Source: an uncultured virus (IMG/VR IMGVR_UViG_2671180412_000004)
Lineage: Duplodnaviria > Heunggongvirae > Uroviricota > Caudoviricetes
Virus record (IMG/VR): IMGVR_UViG_2671180412_000004
DNA: 20,000 nt
Direction: 5' to 3' (one strand)
The notes beneath the pieces are model-generated. The model saw only the letters and a list, made by a program, of their open reading frames with translations. It was not told the origin of the DNA and ran no database searches. This document shows positions 16,601 through 20,000 of this stretch, one piece after another; position 1 is the first letter of the stretch, and the number at the start of each line of letters is the position of its first letter. A program made the translations under genes and the position numbers.

Positions 16601-17108
16601 AACAGTAAGCCCCGTTCGTGATGTAACAGCCAGCCCGGAGCAACGGCCTGAAAGCAGGTTAATACTGCCTCCTGAGATTGTTAACGCCCCGGTAAAACTT
16701 CCTGGTCGGGATCGTGCTGCGGAGCTGGCTGATATCGCTGCTGCCGTCATGCCAGCACCGGCCATTATGGAAATCACGGATAACAGGGCTGACCCGATGG
16801 TTATGCGCCAGAAGGTGTTCGCTTCCGTGGTCGCTGGGGTAATGGGCCTGGCTGCTGCCCCGGCAGAAGCCGCACCACTTCATCCGTACAGTGTACCTGT
16901 CAGGACGCAACCGGCGCCGTCAGCAAAGGCAGAGAGACAGCCGCAGGTCATTAAGTACGAGATAAGCGCGCCAATTCATATTGTCGCCCAGCCAGGGCAA
17001 AGCGCACAGGATATCGCCCGCGAGGTGGCCCGGCAGCTTGATGAGCGAGAGCGCAGGGCCAGGGCAAAAACACGCAGTAATTTCAGTGATCGAGGGGGTT
17101 ACGAATAA
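13665..17108 (+). CDS. T: Tail tape measure protein, P2 gpT-like (1147 aa)
   Basis: MSDTNLRLQVILNAVDKLTRPF start, Ala-rich helical protein, position between E' and U. Confidence 0.93.
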   Translation: MSDTNLRLQVILNAVDKLTRPFRSAQASSKELATAIQQSRARLKELDAQAGRIDGFRKASAQLAVTGNSLKAAREEAAKLATQFSATNRPTAAQARLLEQAKNRVNELQSKYNGLRQSVQRQRLALNEAGLDTKKLSSAQRELRQNADETRQALDRQQKSLKRLGEQQARMNAVRDQYSRRLEVRDRIAGAGATTTAAGLAMGAPVMAAVKSYASMEDAMKGVAKQVNGLRDDNGNRTKQFYDMQDAIKAASEQLPMENGAIDYAALVEGGARMGVTNQNDSYEDQKRDLLAFASTAAKAATAFELPADELAEGLGKIAQLYKVPTRNIEQLGDALNYLDDNAMSKGGDIINVLQRMGGVADRLDFRKAAALGSTFLSLGAAPEIAASASNAMVRELSIATMQSKRFMEGMDLLKLNPEEIEKQMTKDAMGTIQRVLEKVNKLPQDKRLSAMTMIFGKEFGDDAAKLANNLPELQRQLKLTSGTEANGSMQKESDINKDSLSAQWLLVKTGAQNAFSSLGETLRQPLMDIMGYVKSVTGALRRWVEANPQLAGTLMKVAAATAAITVVLGTLAVAVAAVLGPLAVIRFGLSVLGVKTLPSVMSAVTRTGGALSWLANAPLSLLRRGLAASGSSAGLLASPLNSLRRSAGLAGNALKALAGAPLAVLRGGMSGIRNIIGMVMNPLAALRGGLSAAGGVLRFLASGPLALLRVALYGISGLLGALLSPIGLVVAALAGVALVVWKYWQPISAFLGGVVEGFKAAAAPISAAFEPLQPVFQWIGDKVQALWGWFTDLLTPVKSTSAELQSAASMGRQFGEALAAGLNMVMHPLDSLKSGVSWLLEKLGIVSKEAAKAKLPEQVTRQQPATVNTDGKVVLPPGGFPPMGFAGMYDSGGTIPRGQFGIVGENGPEIVNGPANVTGRKRTADLARVAATLNPSRTEPVSAKQRPERGIVLPPDSVNGPANIPVINRTTELVKLAATVSPVRDVTASPEQRPESRLILPPEIVNAPVKLPGRDRAAELADIAAAVMPAPAIMEITDNRADPMVMRQKVFASVVAGVMGLAAAPAEAAPLHPYSVPVRTQPAPSAKAERQPQVIKYEISAPIHIVAQPGQSAQDIAREVARQLDERERRARAKTRSNFSDRGGYE
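16389..16760 (+). repeat. Three diverged 141-bp (47-aa) tandem repeats in the tape-measure C-terminus (third partial)
   Basis: VNGPAN at 16398, VNGPAN at 16539, VNAPVK at 16680. Confidence 0.8.
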
Positions 17109-17593
17109 TGATGATGGTGCTGGGGTTGTACGTATTCATGCTGCGAACCGTGCCCTATCAGGAGCTGCAGTATCAGCGCAGCTGGCGGCACGCAGCAAAC
17201 AGCCGGGTTAACCGGCGCCCGTCAACGCAGTTTCTTGGGCCGGAAAACGATTCGCTTACTCTGTCCGGCGTCCTGCTGCCGGAGATAACCGGCGGCAGGC
17301 TGTCTTTGCTGGCGCTGGAGCAGATGGCGGAGCTGGGGAAAGCCTGGCCTCTGATTGAGGGGAGCGGGACGATTTACGGCATGTTTGTGATCGAGAGTCT
17401 GAGCCAGACAAAAACAGAATTTTTTGAGAGCGGTATGCCCCGGCGCATCGAATTTTCGCTGAGCCTGAAAAGGGTGGATGAATCGCTGTCTGATATGTTT
17501 GGCAGCCTCAGCGATCAGCTCAGTAATTTGCAGGACTCCGCCACCTCTGCGATAGGCAGTATGAAAAATACGGTTGGGGGGTTACTGCAGTGA
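17108..17593 (+). CDS. U: Tail protein, P2 gpU-like
   Basis: MMMVLGLYVFMLRTVPYQELQ...LSGVLLPEITGG...RRIEFSLSLKRVD. Confidence 0.92.
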   Translation: MMMVLGLYVFMLRTVPYQELQYQRSWRHAANSRVNRRPSTQFLGPENDSLTLSGVLLPEITGGRLSLLALEQMAELGKAWPLIEGSGTIYGMFVIESLSQTKTEFFESGMPRRIEFSLSLKRVDESLSDMFGSLSDQLSNLQDSATSAIGSMKNTVGGLLQ

Positions 17594-18690
17594 ATTTCAG
17601 CTCTGATCTCCTGAACCTGAATAGCAAAACCCCCGGTTTCAGCATCACCATTGAAGGTAAAGATGTGACTACCGTGCTGGATGCGCGCCTGATGAGTCTG
17701 ACGCTGACGGATAACCGGGGCTTTGAAGCGGACCAGCTTGATCTGGAACTGGATGACTCGGACGGGCAAATCGTTCTGCCGCGTCGGGGGGCCATAATTC
17801 AGTTTGCGCTGGGGTGGAAAGGTCAGCCGCTTTTTCCGAAAGGGGCGTTTACTGTCGATGAGATTGAGCACAGCGGCGCGCCTGACCGTCTCACAATCCG
17901 CGCGCGTAGTGCAGATTTCCGTGAAACCCTTAATACGCGGCGTGAAAAGTCCTGGCACCAGACAACGGTGGGCGAAGTCGTGAAGGAAATCGCGGGCAGG
18001 CATAAATTAAAGATGGCGCTGGGAAAGGACCTGATGGACAAGCCTGTGGATCATCTTGACCAGACCAACGAGAGCGATGCGAGTTTCCTGATGAAGCTGG
18101 CGCGACAGTATGGGGCGATAGCCTCAGTTAAGGACGGCAATCTGTTGTTTATCCGCCAGGGGCAGGGCAGAACGGCAAGCGGTAAGCCGCTGCCGGTTAT
18201 CACCATAACCCGCCAGGCCGGTGACGGCCATCGTTTTACCCTGGCAGATCGCGATGCCTATACGGGGGTGATTGCCAGCTGGCTCCATACCCGTGAGCCA
18301 AAGAAAAAAGAGACAGCAAAGGTTAAGCGCCGTCGAAAGAAAACTACCGCGGTAAAGGAGCCGGAAGCAAAACAGGGAGATTACCTGGTTGGAACGGATG
18401 AAAACGTGCTGGTACTCAACAGAACTTATGCAAACCGAAGCAACGCAGAGCGAGCGGCAAAGATGCAGTGGGAGCGCCTGCAACGCGGGGTTGCAACATT
18501 CTCCCTGCAGCTCGCAGAGGGAAGGGCTGATCTGTATACCGAAATGCCGGTGAAGGTGAGCGGCTTTAAACAGCCTATTGATGATGCCGAATGGACCATT
18601 ACCACGCTGACGCATAGTGTCAGTGCAGATAATGGTTTCACTACGACGCTGGAGCTTGAGGTAAAGATAGATGATTTAGAAATGGAATGA
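17590..18690 (+). CDS. D: Baseplate hub / late control protein, P2 gpD-like
   Basis: LTDNRGFEADQLDLELDD...DQTNESDASFLMKLA...GFTTTLELE; GTG start overlapping the U stop. Confidence 0.92.
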   Translation: MNFSSDLLNLNSKTPGFSITIEGKDVTTVLDARLMSLTLTDNRGFEADQLDLELDDSDGQIVLPRRGAIIQFALGWKGQPLFPKGAFTVDEIEHSGAPDRLTIRARSADFRETLNTRREKSWHQTTVGEVVKEIAGRHKLKMALGKDLMDKPVDHLDQTNESDASFLMKLARQYGAIASVKDGNLLFIRQGQGRTASGKPLPVITITRQAGDGHRFTLADRDAYTGVIASWLHTREPKKKETAKVKRRRKKTTAVKEPEAKQGDYLVGTDENVLVLNRTYANRSNAERAAKMQWERLQRGVATFSLQLAEGRADLYTEMPVKVSGFKQPIDDAEWTITTLTHSVSADNGFTTTLELEVKIDDLEME

Positions 18691-18759
18691 TAATGTTCAC
18701 AAAATGGATATTCGTGTATCATTATGGGATTGCGGGTAATGACTTGGGGAGAAACGGAT

Positions 18760-18978
18760 ATGATGAATTGTCCGAAATGCGGACACGCTGCACATACTCG
18801 CAGTAGCTTTCGTGTATCAGATAATACGAAAGAGCGTTATTGCCAGTGCCAAAACATTAACTGTGGAACCACTTTTGTTACTCATGAAACCGTAGTGCGC
18901 TTTATCGTAACACCCGGACAGGTCGATCATGTGCCTCCGCACCCTTTAAACAGTGGTCAGGGGCATATGAATTTTTGA
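18760..18978 (+). CDS. ogr: Late-gene transcriptional activator, Ogr/Delta/186 B family zinc finger
   Basis: MMNCPKCGHAAHTRSS...ERYCQCQNINCGTTF, 72 aa; ggggaga RBS supports the 18760 start. Confidence 0.93.
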   Translation: MMNCPKCGHAAHTRSSFRVSDNTKERYCQCQNINCGTTFVTHETVVRFIVTPGQVDHVPPHPLNSGQGHMNF

Positions 18979-18984
18979 CAAACT

Positions 18985-19006
18985 AACCCGCTTCGGCGGG
19001 TTTTTT
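18985..19006 (+). terminator. Intrinsic terminator after ogr
   Basis: aacccgc-ttcg-gcgggtt followed by a T run. Confidence 0.88.
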
Positions 19007-19011
19007 ATTGC

Positions 19012-19045
19012 TGGCAGCTTATTTCCTGCTGCCATTTTGCTGCCA
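19012..19045. repeat. Putative integrase arm-type binding sites
   Basis: tgctgcca direct repeats at 19027 and 19038 (11-bp period) plus inverted tggcagc at 19012; 70-100 bp from the tRNA 3' end. Confidence 0.6.
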
Positions 19046-19062
19046 ACGATGAAACCATAAAC

Positions 19063-19088
19063 AAAAAAGCCACTCGCGAGAGTGGCTT
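19063..19088 (-). terminator. Intrinsic terminator downstream of the tRNA
   Basis: Minus strand aagccactc-tcgc-gagtggctt followed by tttt. Confidence 0.8.
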
Positions 19089-19114
19089 AACTGGATGATT
19101 ATAAAGCTAAAATT

Positions 19115-19190
19115 TGGTGGCCCCTGCTGGACTTGAACCAGCGACCAAGCGATTATGAGTCGCCTGCTCTAACCACTGAGCTAAGGGGCC
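19115..19190 (-). tRNA. ileX: tRNA-Ile2 (CAT anticodon, lysidine-modified, reads AUA); prophage integration target
   Basis: GGCCCCTTAGCTCAGTGGTTAGAGCAGGCGACTCATAATCGCTTGGTCGCTGGTTCAAGTCCAGCAGGGGCCACCA, 76 nt; rpoD-mug-ileX synteny as in E. coli. Confidence 0.93.
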
Positions 19191-19200
19191 GTGGCGGTGA

Positions 19201-19229
19201 ATTATAGAGGAACTCCCTTCAGCAATCCA
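19201..19229 (-). promoter_or_regulatory. Sigma70 promoter of the tRNA
   Basis: Minus strand TGGATT-N17-TATAAT followed by GC-rich tcaccgccac. Confidence 0.6.
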
Positions 19230-19314
19230 GCCATTCACACCTGCCTGCTGTTTTTATAAACAATGCATAATCAATCCTTTATACTTCCATAAGGATGTAT
19301 CAAAGGGAGTAGAG

Positions 19315-19821
19315 ATGATCAACGATATTCTGGCCCCGGGCTTGCGGGTGGTGTTTTGCGGGATTAACCCGGGGAAGTCCTCGGCGCACACCGGTTTTCA
19401 CTTTGCCCATCCGGGGAATCGCTTCTGGAAGGTTATCTATCAGGCCGGGTTTACCGACAGGCTACTGAAGCCTGAAGAGGAGCAGCACCTGCTGGATACG
19501 CGCTGCGGGATAACCATGCTGGTTGAACGGCCCACGGTTCAGGCGAGTGAGGTGAACCTGCATGAACTGCGCAGCGGTGGGCGGGAGCTGATTAAGAAGA
19601 TTGAAGATTATCAGCCGGCAGCGCTGGCCATCCTGGGTAAGCAGGCTTACGAACAGGCGTTCAGTCAGCGCGGTGCGCAGTGGGGCAAACAGGCCATCAC
19701 CATTGGCGTCACGCAGGTGTGGGTGCTGCCGAACCCGAGCGGGCTTAACAGAGCAACGCTGGATAAGCTGGTGGAGGCGTATCGGGAACTGGATGAGGCC
19801 CTGGTTGTGCGTGGGCTCTAG
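19315..19821 (+). CDS. mug: G/U mismatch-specific DNA glycosylase
   Basis: GINPG and LPNPSGL motifs, [12 protein letters not shown], 168 aa; converges on rpoD. Confidence 0.96.
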   Translation: MINDILAPGLRVVFCGINPGKSSAHTGFHFAHPGNRFWKVIYQAGFTDRLLKPEEEQHLLDTRCGITMLVERPTVQASEVNLHELRSGGRELIKKIEDYQPAALAILGKQAYEQAFSQRGAQWGKQAITIGVTQVWVLPNPSGLNRATLDKLVEAYRELDEALVVRGL

Positions 19822-19859
19822 GGCGGTGTTTCCTTGTCCCTGAGGGGCGGAGAAAATGC

Positions 19860-19887
19860 AAAAAAAGCTCCCCAAAGGGAGCTTTTT
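19860..19887. terminator. Bidirectional terminator between mug and rpoD
   Basis: aaaaaagctccc-caaa-gggagcttttt. Confidence 0.85.
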
Positions 19888-19902
19888 CACTGACAGGATC
19901 GA

Positions 19903-20000
19903 TTAATCGTCCAGGAAGCTACGCAGTACTTCAGAGCGGCTTGGATGGCGCAGTTTACGCAGCGCCTTCGCTTCGATCTGACGGATACGTTCGCGGGTAA
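19903..20000 (-). CDS. rpoD: RNA polymerase sigma70, C-terminal end (partial)
   Basis: Minus strand reads [31 protein letters not shown]. Confidence 0.96.
   Translation of the reverse strand, partial: TRERIRQIEAKALRKLRHPSRSEVLRSFLDD

Larger units (their letters stand above)
1..19114 (+). mobile_element. P2/186-like prophage, late-gene region and ogr-proximal end (left part lies outside the window)
   Basis: Gene order N-M-L-X-lysis-R-S-V-W-J-I-H-(invertible cassettes)-FI-FII-E/E'-T-U-D-ogr matches P2-family phages; ends at a tRNA 3' end, with host mug and rpoD beyond it. Confidence 0.96.

Noticed and set aside
14963..16777. 604-aa minus-strand ORF (also 6361-7245, 10016-10600, 15918-16643)
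   Set aside because: Antisense shadows of well-supported genes, with no recognisable motifs
18693..18725. Repressor operator or promoter upstream of ogr
   Set aside because: Only a weak inverted repeat (atgttca-caaaa-tggatat) and non-optimal -35/-10 spacing; too weak to call
19115..19190. tRNA-Met call from the CAT anticodon
   Set aside because: Sequence and rpoD-mug context match tRNA-Ile2 (ileX)

Overview
Late-gene half and right end of a P2/186-like (Peduoviridae-type) prophage, running from the capsid C-terminus through the packaging, lysis, baseplate, tail fibre, sheath, tube and tape-measure genes to ogr. It is integrated at the 3' end of tRNA-Ile2(CAT) (ileX locus) next to host mug and the 3' end of rpoD in an enterobacterium (Enterobacter-like, by inference). 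The main signal is at 7445-11450. It is a multi-site tail-fibre shufflon: five 26-bp hix/gix-like crossover sites (2 forward, 3 reverse) let a Hin/Gin-family serine invertase fuse any of five different 112-122 aa C-terminal tip cassettes in frame to a 350-aa constant fibre. A single fibre-assembly chaperone in the middle of the invertible region has its own Ogr-type late promoter and a bidirectional terminator. An orphan beta-class DNA methyltransferase directly after the invertase also has an Ogr-type late promoter, a position analogous to Mu mom. The four Ogr boxes found (TGT-N12-ACA) all have a -10-like hexamer starting exactly 35 nt after the last base of the box.
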